Shown here piece by piece: positions 18,712 to 27,764 of a stretch of DNA of 64,000 bases. The position numbers and the translations under genes are program-made. The notes below the pieces were generated by a model that saw only the letters and a program-made list of their open reading frames with translations, did not search any database and was not told the DNA's origin. This stretch comes from an uncultured virus (IMG/VR IMGVR_UViG_3300025832_000005) (taxonomy: Duplodnaviria; Heunggongvirae; Uroviricota; Caudoviricetes), in IMG/VR virus record IMGVR_UViG_3300025832_000005, positions 62,001 to 126,000 of that record, one strand, 5' to 3'. Each line of letters begins with the position of its first letter. Within the stretch, counting starts at the first letter, position 1.

Positions 18712-19577
18712 TGGTTTTGTATCCCTCTGCCTCTCAACAAATCCTGACGCATATTATCGTACGCCGCACGATTTGGTGTACCTGTAGGAAGACGTCTTGC
18801 GTCTCTATTGGCATTTTTATTCATTTGTGTTTGTTTAATTGTAAGCTCTCGGTTAGTATCTGCCATTTTATTGTTGATACGTTTATTCATATTTGTTTGA
18901 TCACTATTAAATTTACCCATAGCTGATCTGCCTTGAGCTAAACTATAACGTTCATTAACTTTGTAACAGTCACAATGTTTACATTCTGGACCACATTCAC
19001 ATTCAGTAACAGGTTGTCCACAACAGTCTTTGCTGCACATTTCAACGCCGTCCTTCATCCATGTTTTTTTGTCTTCATTTGTTAATGTTTTATATTTAAA
19101 ATTCTCTAATGAATCTGGTCCTTCGTGGTTAAATACTGCGTTGTTCCAAACATCATGTGCATAATTATTTGCTGATGCTACATCACCTTTAATTGCGCTA
19201 GGACCACCGTTATATCCTCTAAGTTGTTCTTCCCAATTGGCTGCACCATAATGATCACCTTGTGCTTTAAAATACAATAATCCTACCTTAGCATTTATAT
19301 TTGCATCATTTTTTATATCATCTAATGAATAGTTTGTTCCATATAATCTATTAACATCGTTTAATGCTGGTAATCTAACTTGAGCCATTCCGTATGCATT
19401 ATTTGTACGATTCGTGTCACCGACTACAGTGTTACCATTCTTATCAAACTGACCTGTTCTACTTTCTTTATTAAAAAGTTCCATAGCTATCGCAAATGGT
19501 ATATTTAGATCAGCCGCTGTTTTTCTAATTATATCAGATCTGTTACTATTCTCATTTATGATATCAAATATCTTCAT
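18708..19577 (-). CDS. Lytic transglycosylase (SLT) domain protein with a Cys-rich insert
   Basis: KES..AYGMAQV..N..VG..Y..GYNGG SLT motifs, then CSKDCCGQPVTECECGPECKHCDC. Confidence 0.75.
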   Translation of the reverse strand: MKIFDIINENSNRSDIIRKTAADLNIPFAIAMELFNKESRTGQFDKNGNTVVGDTNRTNNAYGMAQVRLPALNDVNRLYGTNYSLDDIKNDANINAKVGLLYFKAQGDHYGAANWEEQLRGYNGGPSAIKGDVASANNYAHDVWNNAVFNHEGPDSLENFKYKTLTNEDKKTWMKDGVEMCSKDCCGQPVTECECGPECKHCDCYKVNERYSLAQGRSAMGKFNSDQTNMNKRINNKMADTNRELTIKQTQMNKNANRDARRLPTGTPNRAAYDNMRQDLLRGRGIQNQ

Positions 19578-19578
19578 G

Positions 19579-19866
19579 TTACTTTACCTTGTTTAGCCTT
19601 TGTATTGCTTTACTTGCTGGATTCATACGTTTTGTGCGCTGTGCTTTTTTAGCTATTCTAGCACCCATCTTTGCTTTAGTTTTACGTAAAGTCATTCTTT
19701 TCTTCATATCAATGGGTTTAGCACATTGTGATGGATCGCTCACAACTCTGCCTTTTCGTTGTCCCACACTACAGCGAAATTTTCTAACAATTTTATTACC
19801 TTTGCGAGCCCAGACTAGCTGTGCTTCAACAACAGGTTCTTCTGATGTGAGTTCGTTTAAGTTCAT
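19579..19866 (-). CDS. Small basic late protein
   Basis: Lys/Arg-rich 95 aa; late box 5 nt upstream. Confidence 0.7.
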   Translation of the reverse strand: MNLNELTSEEPVVEAQLVWARKGNKIVRKFRCSVGQRKGRVVSDPSQCAKPIDMKKRMTLRKTKAKMGARIAKKAQRTKRMNPASKAIQRLNKVK

Positions 19867-19885
19867 ATAGTTATTTATTAGATTT

Positions 19886-20182
19886 TTATGACATTAATAA
19901 TGTTGCTAGTAATGTTAGTACACCAGCAAGAACTGTACCACCAGTTCCCATCATTATTTTATTTGTTGTGGCATTTGCTTTAATCATTTCTTCACGCATT
20001 TTAGAGAATTCACGGATGCCTTCTTCTCTCATGGAAGTCACACTTTTTTCAATATTATTAAGGCGGGTATCAATATTGTTAACTTTTTCTTCCAAGACAC
20101 GATACCTCTCAGCACACAGGTCAACGTGAGCTTCTAAATTCTGTTTCTCTAACTGGGTTGTCCCAATTGTAGCTATAGACAT
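19886..20182 (-). CDS. Coiled-coil protein with C-terminal membrane anchor (XhlA-like topology)
   Basis: LEAHVDLCAERY..coiled coil..hydrophobic C-terminus; start reassigned to ATG 20182. Confidence 0.6.
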   Translation of the reverse strand: MSIATIGTTQLEKQNLEAHVDLCAERYRVLEEKVNNIDTRLNNIEKSVTSMREEGIREFSKMREEMIKANATTNKIMMGTGGTVLAGVLTLLATLLMS

Positions 20183-20321
20183 AATTCTTCTCAACTGTGT
20201 CTTCAGCACATCGTTGTGCCTTGTTAACAGTAGCCTTTTATGTAGCCTTTTGATATCGGAGGCTTGTGGCGAACTCCGTAGTCTTGTGCCTTAGTTTTTT
20301 CTTAATACTATTTATTGATGT

Positions 20322-20729
20322 CTACGTTTTCTTAAAGTATATGTTTAATAGTTTTTCGTCATAAGTCTCAAATGTATTAGTGACAAAGTTTGCGGTTTCT
20401 GTCAGATAAGGAGTAAATGCTACGCCGTCAAAATCATTTTCTAAGAAATGTACTGGATTATCGTTTAACATGTAAACGTCGGCATGCTCTACTGCAAATT
20501 CAATTTTCCACACATGATGTAGTCCTTTATGCGCTGAACCGAAGCGGTAATCAACTACATCTTGTGCTTCAAGGCACTTAACTGCAATAGATATTGGCTG
20601 GCTTCTCATGCCAGCTAGCTGAATAAGTGTATTAAAATTTTGTTTTTGATTATATGCTATAACATTTTTTGATTTACTATTATTGTCAGTAATATCAACT
20701 AGTGTATAGACTATGTATTGTTGTATCAA
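20322..20729 (-). CDS. Hypothetical protein
   Basis: YTLVDIT..Q.QNFNTLIQ motif; TTG start. Confidence 0.65.
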   Translation of the reverse strand: MIQQYIVYTLVDITDNNSKSKNVIAYNQKQNFNTLIQLAGMRSQPISIAVKCLEAQDVVDYRFGSAHKGLHHVWKIEFAVEHADVYMLNDNPVHFLENDFDGVAFTPYLTETANFVTNTFETYDEKLLNIYFKKT

Positions 20730-20737
20730 ATGACACC

Positions 20738-21520
20738 TTAAACTAGACTTCTTCCAAATGCTCTGCCAGCAGCAAATCCACCAGTGAACGCTGCAGCACC
20801 AACAGCTGCTCTTTGCGCAATTTTTCTAGCAGTAATTTTTGGCTCTGCGCTAGCAATATCTGGATTAATTAATCCGCCTGCTTTACTAAATTGTTTAAAT
20901 GGTTCATACAGTTCACTACGTATAGCATTGGCTCTATAATATTGAATTATTTTAGTTGCTGCTAATTGTTTTTGTCCTGCTTGTAATCCTTGCCATCCAG
21001 TTGCCATTCGTCTAATAGACTTATAATTAGCTTCTTTAATATCAAGACTGCGTTCAAGACGCATGAATAATCCACTAGCTTGTTTGGGATTTTGCCCAGC
21101 AGCTATGGATCTTAAATATGTTTTTAACTGTTGCTCTGGTATACCAACTCTTGCTGCTTGTGCTTTTTCAGAAGCATCGATACCAGTTTTAGTTGATATT
21201 TTATGAAGTGCGTGATAAAGATCATTGCCGTCTCTACGATAGTTTTTAAAGTTACCACCGCTAGCAAGTGTTCTTTTAGCATAATCTTGCGCCATAGGTT
21301 TAGTACTTGGATTTTGTGACATTATATGCATTGTTAGCAAGTTCATGAACGCAAAGTCCGCAGTGTTTTTCAAATCAACAGTTTCAAGTTGTTGACGAGT
21401 TTTGTACATTTTACTAGCTTCATTGAGATCATTAACAAACCCAAATTTTGGTTCGTTAGCCTCACTCATAGTATGTCCGCCTTCGATTTCTGCCCATTGC
21501 TTTGCTGTATATTGTTCCAT
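20738..21520 (-). CDS. Hypothetical late protein
   Basis: 260 aa; late box 5 nt upstream. Confidence 0.7.
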   Translation of the reverse strand: MEQYTAKQWAEIEGGHTMSEANEPKFGFVNDLNEASKMYKTRQQLETVDLKNTADFAFMNLLTMHIMSQNPSTKPMAQDYAKRTLASGGNFKNYRRDGNDLYHALHKISTKTGIDASEKAQAARVGIPEQQLKTYLRSIAAGQNPKQASGLFMRLERSLDIKEANYKSIRRMATGWQGLQAGQKQLAATKIIQYYRANAIRSELYEPFKQFSKAGGLINPDIASAEPKITARKIAQRAAVGAAAFTGGFAAGRAFGRSLV

Positions 21521-21528
21521 AGTAGTAT

Positions 21529-22602
21529 TTATAAGTTTGGCGTCCAGCGATGTCTTGGTACAAGTTTAATTTTATCTCTACCTACTACATATCCTTCGCC
21601 ACCACTTTCACCTTTTGTAGTTGCTGTTACATCAGCTGGAGCATTGTCTAGCTGATCAATAATATTATTTTTTACTGTCATAATTTGTACAACTAATCCT
21701 AGTATAGCATTTAATCCATTACTGTCACTAGCCATTAGTTTTGCTTGTTGTCCAGCACTTACTTTACTAGTTTTTAACCAGTCGAAAAAACCACTTTGTA
21801 ATTGCTTTAATTTACCTTGTTTTACCATTTGATTTACATATGTATAAATGATATTACCTTTATTACTAAGACCCTGTTCAGGTGTTAACCAACCGTCAAT
21901 TGCTTGAGCATTAGCATTAGTTGCTTTTATAATGTCTTCTACACTGCTAATATCTACACTAGCTTGATGTGGTACATATGTTTGACCCATAACTACAACT
22001 TCATTAGTATTAATTCTTTTTGTATCTTTAATAGGAGTGCCAGTTTTGTCGCCAAACTCTCCGTATATACTGTGTGCCGCAATACCAATACTACTTGCGC
22101 CAACTCTTTTACCAAGATCACTGTTAGCGTCTATAGTATATAGAACACTATTTGGTTCAAATTGATATGTGTCGTTGTTTGATACGTATGGTTTGCTTGG
22201 TGAGTATAATAAATCACCATATATAAAGCCACGCAGATCGTTTGGTGTATTACGTTGCATGATGTCAAATACATCACCCATGTTATTAGCAAAGTCCTGT
22301 CTCCAGTCTTCGCCTTTACCAGTACTCATAACAAATGATTTTAATTCATCACTGCTAGTAGTTTTATTTTTACCCCAGCCATTTTTACCAGTTAGTACAA
22401 ACGTTCCGTCTGCTTCTCTGCCCCAATAGATAGTAGGATTGCCGTCCCATTTAATGGCTACATCATTTGAATCTTGACCAAGTCGTTGTAGTATACTTGC
22501 CGCTCTAAGAGCACCAGCACTGCCTTCAGCAAATACTAGATCTTCTAAGTGCTGGTATTCACGCCCTACTTTAGCTTCCGTTAAAAACTGGTTTGCTCGC
22601 AT
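21529..22602 (-). CDS. Ligase-like nucleotidyltransferase (RNA-ligase/DUF6267-like)
   Basis: HLEDLV, KWDG (motif I), YGDLLY, EGYVV (motif IV), IKLV (motif V). Confidence 0.65.
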   Translation of the reverse strand: MRANQFLTEAKVGREYQHLEDLVFAEGSAGALRAASILQRLGQDSNDVAIKWDGNPTIYWGREADGTFVLTGKNGWGKNKTTSSDELKSFVMSTGKGEDWRQDFANNMGDVFDIMQRNTPNDLRGFIYGDLLYSPSKPYVSNNDTYQFEPNSVLYTIDANSDLGKRVGASSIGIAAHSIYGEFGDKTGTPIKDTKRINTNEVVVMGQTYVPHQASVDISSVEDIIKATNANAQAIDGWLTPEQGLSNKGNIIYTYVNQMVKQGKLKQLQSGFFDWLKTSKVSAGQQAKLMASDSNGLNAILGLVVQIMTVKNNIIDQLDNAPADVTATTKGESGGEGYVVGRDKIKLVPRHRWTPNL

Positions 22603-23390
22603 TAGCTTTGTTCTTTCCAATTTGGATCGTTAGCTCTGATATTTGCTAATAGCTCTTCGCCTTCTTTACCCAATGCTGCTACAATAGCTTCCACACTGCC
22701 CATGTCTTGTTTGTGGGCATTAGGGCCTAATAATAATTTAGCAATCTCATCAATGTCACTTGTAATAAATCCATCTGGATCTTTTTTACCGTTTGGTAAA
22801 CGTTTAAACAATCCAACATAGTTACTCCATAACATGCCTTTTCCTTTAGCAATAATACTAAGCATCTGTTGCTTGTTAACACCTTTAAACGGCGATCCTT
22901 TTGGAATATTATGTGTATGGAATTGTGCCGCATTAGCAGCATTTGGTACTACCATAATGTCTACTTGGTGTGTGTTATCACCAATTGGTGTTTCTACGTG
23001 TACACTAGTACCACTTTGTCCTGTGTTAAACCCTGCTAAGTCAAATACTTGACGTAGCTTTTTACGGATGTCAGCATCTTTAGCGTCTTCCATATTAAAA
23101 TGTTGTTTTAGCTGATCTACATCTACGATCATATCCAAGTCACCACTTACTTTACCAGGTGTTGGAGTTGCTCCACTACCAATTGGTATAGCAGTACTAC
23201 CAGTTTTTGCCAGTACTGAATTAATTGATTTCATAATGCCAGGTATTAGTTTGTGATCAAAGCCCACACTGTCAGGGAATACATTACCGCCTTCTCTAAG
23301 ATGTAAATCTTCTTGTCTTAATCTTTTGATGCGGCTTCCACGACGGATTTTGCGTTTGCTCATTCCGCCTAGTATGTCTTTAATCTTCAC
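22602..23390 (-). CDS. Pol-beta-fold nucleotidyltransferase-like protein
   Basis: IGSG..SGDLDMIVD..HQVDIM signature. Confidence 0.7.
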   Translation of the reverse strand: MKIKDILGGMSKRKIRRGSRIKRLRQEDLHLREGGNVFPDSVGFDHKLIPGIMKSINSVLAKTGSTAIPIGSGATPTPGKVSGDLDMIVDVDQLKQHFNMEDAKDADIRKKLRQVFDLAGFNTGQSGTSVHVETPIGDNTHQVDIMVVPNAANAAQFHTHNIPKGSPFKGVNKQQMLSIIAKGKGMLWSNYVGLFKRLPNGKKDPDGFITSDIDEIAKLLLGPNAHKQDMGSVEAIVAALGKEGEELLANIRANDPNWKEQS

Positions 23391-23623
23391 AGCTTTGATA
23401 CCCCTCTTTTAAACTTCCGAGGATCCTTGGTGCGAATTGAATTAATTAATCTTTTATTCAAATCCGCCGCAGTTTCATTATCAAATGTCTCATTAATTAA
23501 TTCAATTAAGTTAATTGCCGTAGCAATTACTTGTTCAGCATTTGCTTCAACAAGTTGCCGTCTGTCACGCTTTGGTGACATAGAATTAATTTCTTCTAAA
23601 ATAGATCTCGTTTTACGTTTCAT
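23387..23623 (-). CDS. Hypothetical late protein
   Basis: 78 aa; TATAAATA 8 nt upstream. Confidence 0.65.
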   Translation of the reverse strand: MKRKTRSILEEINSMSPKRDRRQLVEANAEQVIATAINLIELINETFDNETAADLNKRLINSIRTKDPRKFKRGVSKL

Positions 23624-23645
23624 ATCAATACTATTTATAAATATT

Positions 23646-23836
23646 GTTGTTAAAACATTGGTGGATAGTACTTATAGCAACTTTGCATTTCCTGATCGTG
23701 AACTTAGGATCCATAGGCAATAAGAATTAATACAGCTATGGGATGCGGGCAACAATTCAGGCTAATATCTTCGCCCGTTGTTCGTACATCATATTATAGA
23801 TACATATAAGGTCAACGGCATCAATGTTTTAACAAC
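23646..23836 (+). ncRNA. Candidate structured ncRNA (about 190 nt)
   Basis: 18-bp terminal stem (23646-23663 with 23819-23836, one G-U pair on the + strand), internal hairpins, TATAAATA at 23636-23643. Confidence 0.55.
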
Positions 23837-25221
23837 TATTCCCTTCGTTTAAGTAAATTTTGTAATCTTGCGGCGTTTTCCACTGCGGTATTATCAGGCT
23901 GTGCTGACTCAGTACCAGCAGGGCTAACAGTTGCTTTATTCTTTAAGCTCTGATAGATGCTTGCTACTTGTCCTTCTTCACCTTGTTCATCTTCATCCAA
24001 GTCTGTAATACGCAGTGTATTCATATCATAGCCCAAGTCTAGTTTAGATCCAACACCACTACTACTACGTGTTTTCATAAACTGTATCTGTACTCTGCCA
24101 CGTTCACGCATTGCTCTTGAGCTAAAGATACCAATTAGGTTGTCTGCTGTATTAATCTTACTAATACCACCAGCAATGTGACTGTGATCAAACTCTACTT
24201 CATCAACAGCACCACGATTCAACTGAGACGCTGTAACAAACAATATGTTAAGCTCAATAGCTAAGTTACGTAGTTCTTCACTTACATACTTGTCTTTAAT
24301 AAACTGATCGCTTGGATTAACTTTAACGCTAACAGGCATCATAAGATCCAAATAGTCCACAAACAATCCATCAATTTTAATGTCGTTTTGTATCTGATAT
24401 TCTTTAATATATGCCTTGATATCATTAATAGTTGCGCCGTTAGGCATTTGTATCATTTGTAGTACGCCTGCTTTTTTGCTTGCCATACGTACTTTAAGTG
24501 CTGTGTCATCAGCATTGCGCATAACATCTTTAGTACTCTGGTTAGTAACCATAGCATCAATACGCATACTACATAGTTCTTCACTAAGTTCTAAACTTAC
24601 ATACACTACGTTCTTGCCAGCTAAACTCCAGTTGAGTGCCATGTTTTGCATAAACAAACTCTTACCACTACCGGATCCGCCAGCAAAGATGTTTAGTTCG
24701 CCTGGATTAAATCCACCATATAGTATCTTGTCAAGGCTTTCCCATCCAGTACTGTTTTGTCCACGATTGTCTTTAATTGCTTGTATACGTCCTGCTGGAT
24801 CGTCCCAGTAGTTAAGCCCAAAGTCTTTTGCTAGTCCAATACCAACAGCATCTTTAATTAGTTGCTCAACACTTCCGTATTCATGTCGTTCTAGTTTATC
24901 AGCACTTTCCAGGATAGCACCCTCAAGTGCCTTGTGTCTACAAAACTTTTCGTATTCATCCATAAACCATTTTTTATGGTCATCAGTAATCTTTGCTCTT
25001 ACATCATCAAATTCAATTCTTACTTTGGCTTTAATTTGTTCATGTGTTGGTAAATCGCCGTAGCCATCTACATGTTCTTGTATAAAGTCCATAACAGGCT
25101 GATACTTACGAACAAAGTATTTGCTGTTTGTAATCGCATTGCAGCGTACAAACAAATCTTTGTCAGCAAGTAAAAACTCTAGATATAACTTTTGTAAATC
25201 TTCTGTGTACTCTTCACTCAT
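23836..25221 (-). CDS. Replicative DnaB-like helicase (gp41-like)
   Basis: STGW..LD, AGGSGSGKS, VSLELSE, FVDYLDLM, TASQLNR, KTR. Confidence 0.92.
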   Translation of the reverse strand: MSEEYTEDLQKLYLEFLLADKDLFVRCNAITNSKYFVRKYQPVMDFIQEHVDGYGDLPTHEQIKAKVRIEFDDVRAKITDDHKKWFMDEYEKFCRHKALEGAILESADKLERHEYGSVEQLIKDAVGIGLAKDFGLNYWDDPAGRIQAIKDNRGQNSTGWESLDKILYGGFNPGELNIFAGGSGSGKSLFMQNMALNWSLAGKNVVYVSLELSEELCSMRIDAMVTNQSTKDVMRNADDTALKVRMASKKAGVLQMIQMPNGATINDIKAYIKEYQIQNDIKIDGLFVDYLDLMMPVSVKVNPSDQFIKDKYVSEELRNLAIELNILFVTASQLNRGAVDEVEFDHSHIAGGISKINTADNLIGIFSSRAMRERGRVQIQFMKTRSSSGVGSKLDLGYDMNTLRITDLDEDEQGEEGQVASIYQSLKNKATVSPAGTESAQPDNTAVENAARLQNLLKRRE

Positions 25222-25441
25222 TATTTGTTAGCTTCTTCAATATATATTCCTCTCGAGTGTAGATCATTCGCCAGGCGTCACCCTTGAGCGGCACTTTACC
25301 ATGCATATCCATAGTTATAGCGTATTCCCAGTAATTTGTCAACCAGATAAACTTACCACTGTGATCACTACGGGTTGGCATCCAAGCAAAATGCTTGGTC
25401 CAATAACTGTGTAAATCAGCATATGCGCTAATGTGTTTCAT
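25214..25441 (-). CDS. Hypothetical Trp-rich protein
   Basis: W.K.FAW.P....GK.IWL motif; start reassigned to ATG 25441. Confidence 0.55.
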   Translation of the reverse strand: MKHISAYADLHSYWTKHFAWMPTRSDHSGKFIWLTNYWEYAITMDMHGKVPLKGDAWRMIYTREEYILKKLTNNE

Positions 25442-25481
25442 CTTATCTACTTGTCTCCAAAAATTTTCATCTCTTATATTA

Positions 25482-25535
25482 TAATCATCTACAATAGGAT
25501 TTTGCAAGTAATCATCTACAATAGGATTTTGCAAG
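25482..25535. repeat. Perfect 27-bp tandem duplication of the primase 3' end
   Basis: taatcatctacaataggattttgcaag occurs twice in tandem. Confidence 0.95.
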
Positions 25536-26531
25536 TAGCTGGATCTTCGTTGTGTTTGTTTCTGCACTGTCTATAATGCTCCTCACTGTGAATAGTCTAC
25601 CATATTTTACAGCAGCATCTGCCGCATCTTTACAGCTTTCCCATGGAGGAAAACTGACTGACCAACCTCTGCGAATAGCTGTTTTAACTAAGTCCATGCC
25701 TGCGCTATCTGCGTCTGGCACAACTATAACTTCTTTTTTTAGATCGTCAATAATATCACACTGTACATTACTTGGTGTATTGCCACTAGTAGCAATGCCA
25801 TTTACTAACAATGCGTCCATTTGACCTTCAGTAACGATCGTATACTTATGAGTACGCTGTTTGTCTAGATTATAAACAAAGTTCTTGGGCATCTGATGAT
25901 AGTATTTTGGTGTAGCTTTGTCAGGTGTTTGTCCTACCCAACGTGCTGTATATCCTACTGTTTTTCCTTTATAGTTAAACGGCAATATGATACGATTTCT
26001 GAAATGGCTTTCTGGTGTCCACTGCCAACCATTATAGAAACTCATTCCACGCTCTTCAACATACTGTACTGCTTTTATAAAACTTTCCAGTTGTCTTGGA
26101 GTTAGTGTATCAGTATCCCATTTATCAAAGGTAGTTGCGTTTTTTGGCAATTCCATAGGTTGCCATGTAATTTTAGCTTTTTCCTTACGTTCAGTAGTTG
26201 AAATAAACTGTTGTGCTACTTGATCTTTTTCGTTCTCTTTAAGTAGTTCAAAATTAACTCGTTGTATTTGGGCTGGATCAGCGCCAAACGCTACTAGTAA
26301 ATCAGATAACATTGTGTTGATTCGGTTACCAGGGCTCCAACCTGTTTTGTAATTACAGTTAAAACAGTTATATTGAACTTTATCGTCCTGGAACATTATA
26401 CCGCCACGTCCACGAGTATCTCTACTGTGTCCACGAGTATGGCACATTGGACAATTACCACTTGTCCATCCACTTGGGGACTGTTTCCAGCCACCAGGAA
26501 TGCTCTGGCGTACAAAATCTAAAACTATCAT
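25512..26531 (-). CDS. DNA primase (gp61-like)
   Basis: NCPMC..NCFNC zinc ribbon, RIILPF..GYTAR, TEGQMDA, PDAD..G, KDAAD TOPRIM motifs. Confidence 0.9.
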   Translation of the reverse strand: MIVLDFVRQSIPGGWKQSPSGWTSGNCPMCHTRGHSRDTRGRGGIMFQDDKVQYNCFNCNYKTGWSPGNRINTMLSDLLVAFGADPAQIQRVNFELLKENEKDQVAQQFISTTERKEKAKITWQPMELPKNATTFDKWDTDTLTPRQLESFIKAVQYVEERGMSFYNGWQWTPESHFRNRIILPFNYKGKTVGYTARWVGQTPDKATPKYYHQMPKNFVYNLDKQRTHKYTIVTEGQMDALLVNGIATSGNTPSNVQCDIIDDLKKEVIVVPDADSAGMDLVKTAIRRGWSVSFPPWESCKDAADAAVKYGRLFTVRSIIDSAETNTTKIQLLAKSYCR

Positions 26532-26540
26532 ATATGCAGT

Positions 26541-27335
26541 TTAACTTCTATATAGCACTTTGTCAAGTGTTCCTTCGTTGCCAACTGCTGCAACATAGCG
26601 GAAACGTACCCACATAAACATACCATCAAATGTAAACGGCTCTAGTCCAGTGGCACCAGTAAATGTCCAATAATCTTCTGCGTCACCTGGATTAAGCTGA
26701 ATAGTAAACCAATCGCCAACTGCTTCTGTTGGGCTTTGTTCAAGTGATCCTTCAGCATAAAACTTGCCACTAAAGTTAGTAGTGTACGCTACAACAGTAT
26801 TTGTGCCGTCACTATTCTGACTTTGGGCTGTACCAGTAAAATTATTTGTTGTATCAGTATCACCAGTTAAACTTTCATCATCTTGACTAGGGGTAATAGT
26901 GGTAGCTGTGGTAGCTTTTACTTCTAATACATATGTTAACCGTGCGTTTTGGTCACTGTATAGTCCAAATACCATTGCTTCACTATCGGTATAAGTAATG
27001 GTAACATCATATAACGCAGGAGACAATTTACCTAGATCGGACTCAGTTAACCGCATTAATACACTACCAGTATCAGTACTAAGTGTAACAAGAGTTTTAG
27101 TTATAATAGCAGTCTTGGTTGTTCTATTAACCACACTTGCTTTAAAAGTTTTATTAGCTAAACTTACTGGTTTGCGACTGTTATCGATAACAAAGAATTC
27201 AAAATCATTAGTAACCCCATCATAAGCAATTAATGGCTTATGATTTTGTGAACCATAATATGTTGTACCTCTACGATTTGGTATAACAATTTCACTTCGT
27301 TGGTTGTAACTATATGCTTTGCTTTGATAATTCAT
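26541..27335 (-). CDS. Structural protein with a BppU-like N-terminal domain
   Basis: beta-rich, G..N..EF.V.D..RKPV pattern; late box plus SD GGAG before ATG 27335. Confidence 0.55.
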   Translation of the reverse strand: MNYQSKAYSYNQRSEIVIPNRRGTTYYGSQNHKPLIAYDGVTNDFEFFVIDNSRKPVSLANKTFKASVVNRTTKTAIITKTLVTLSTDTGSVLMRLTESDLGKLSPALYDVTITYTDSEAMVFGLYSDQNARLTYVLEVKATTATTITPSQDDESLTGDTDTTNNFTGTAQSQNSDGTNTVVAYTTNFSGKFYAEGSLEQSPTEAVGDWFTIQLNPGDAEDYWTFTGATGLEPFTFDGMFMWVRFRYVAAVGNEGTLDKVLYRS

Positions 27336-27380
27336 GTTTCGGATCTCCACTACTATTTATAGTGATAAGTAATAATAATA

Positions 27381-27764
27381 ATGACACATATACCAAACAA
27401 ATATCAAAAACTACTAGAAAATTTTCCGTTCTTAACTTTAGTTTCGTACGGCGGTAACGAGTACGTTGGAATAATGCAAAATCAGGACCATCAGATGGCC
27501 AGTATGTATTGTTTTGATAATATTAAAAATGACAAAGACAAAGAAGAATTTATTGAACTAGGCGAAGAATGGTGGTGGGGGACAAATAGAATGATCCCTA
27601 TTAACATTATTTTTAAAAGTCAGTGGAGCAAATATAGATCATCACTGGTTACATTTAGTCTTAAAGACTTTCAAGTAGTACATGGGCCAACTATTAGCCT
27701 AAGTAACATTTGTCAGAAACGTATTAAACGCCGTAATATTCAGTTAGTACGTAAAGTTACGTAG
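27381..27764 (+). CDS. Hypothetical phage protein
   Basis: FPFLT..EYVGI.QN..LGEEWWW..NRMIPI; only plausible + strand gene in this region. Confidence 0.75.
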   Translation: MTHIPNKYQKLLENFPFLTLVSYGGNEYVGIMQNQDHQMASMYCFDNIKNDKDKEEFIELGEEWWWGTNRMIPINIIFKSQWSKYRSSLVTFSLKDFQVVHGPTISLSNICQKRIKRRNIQLVRKVT

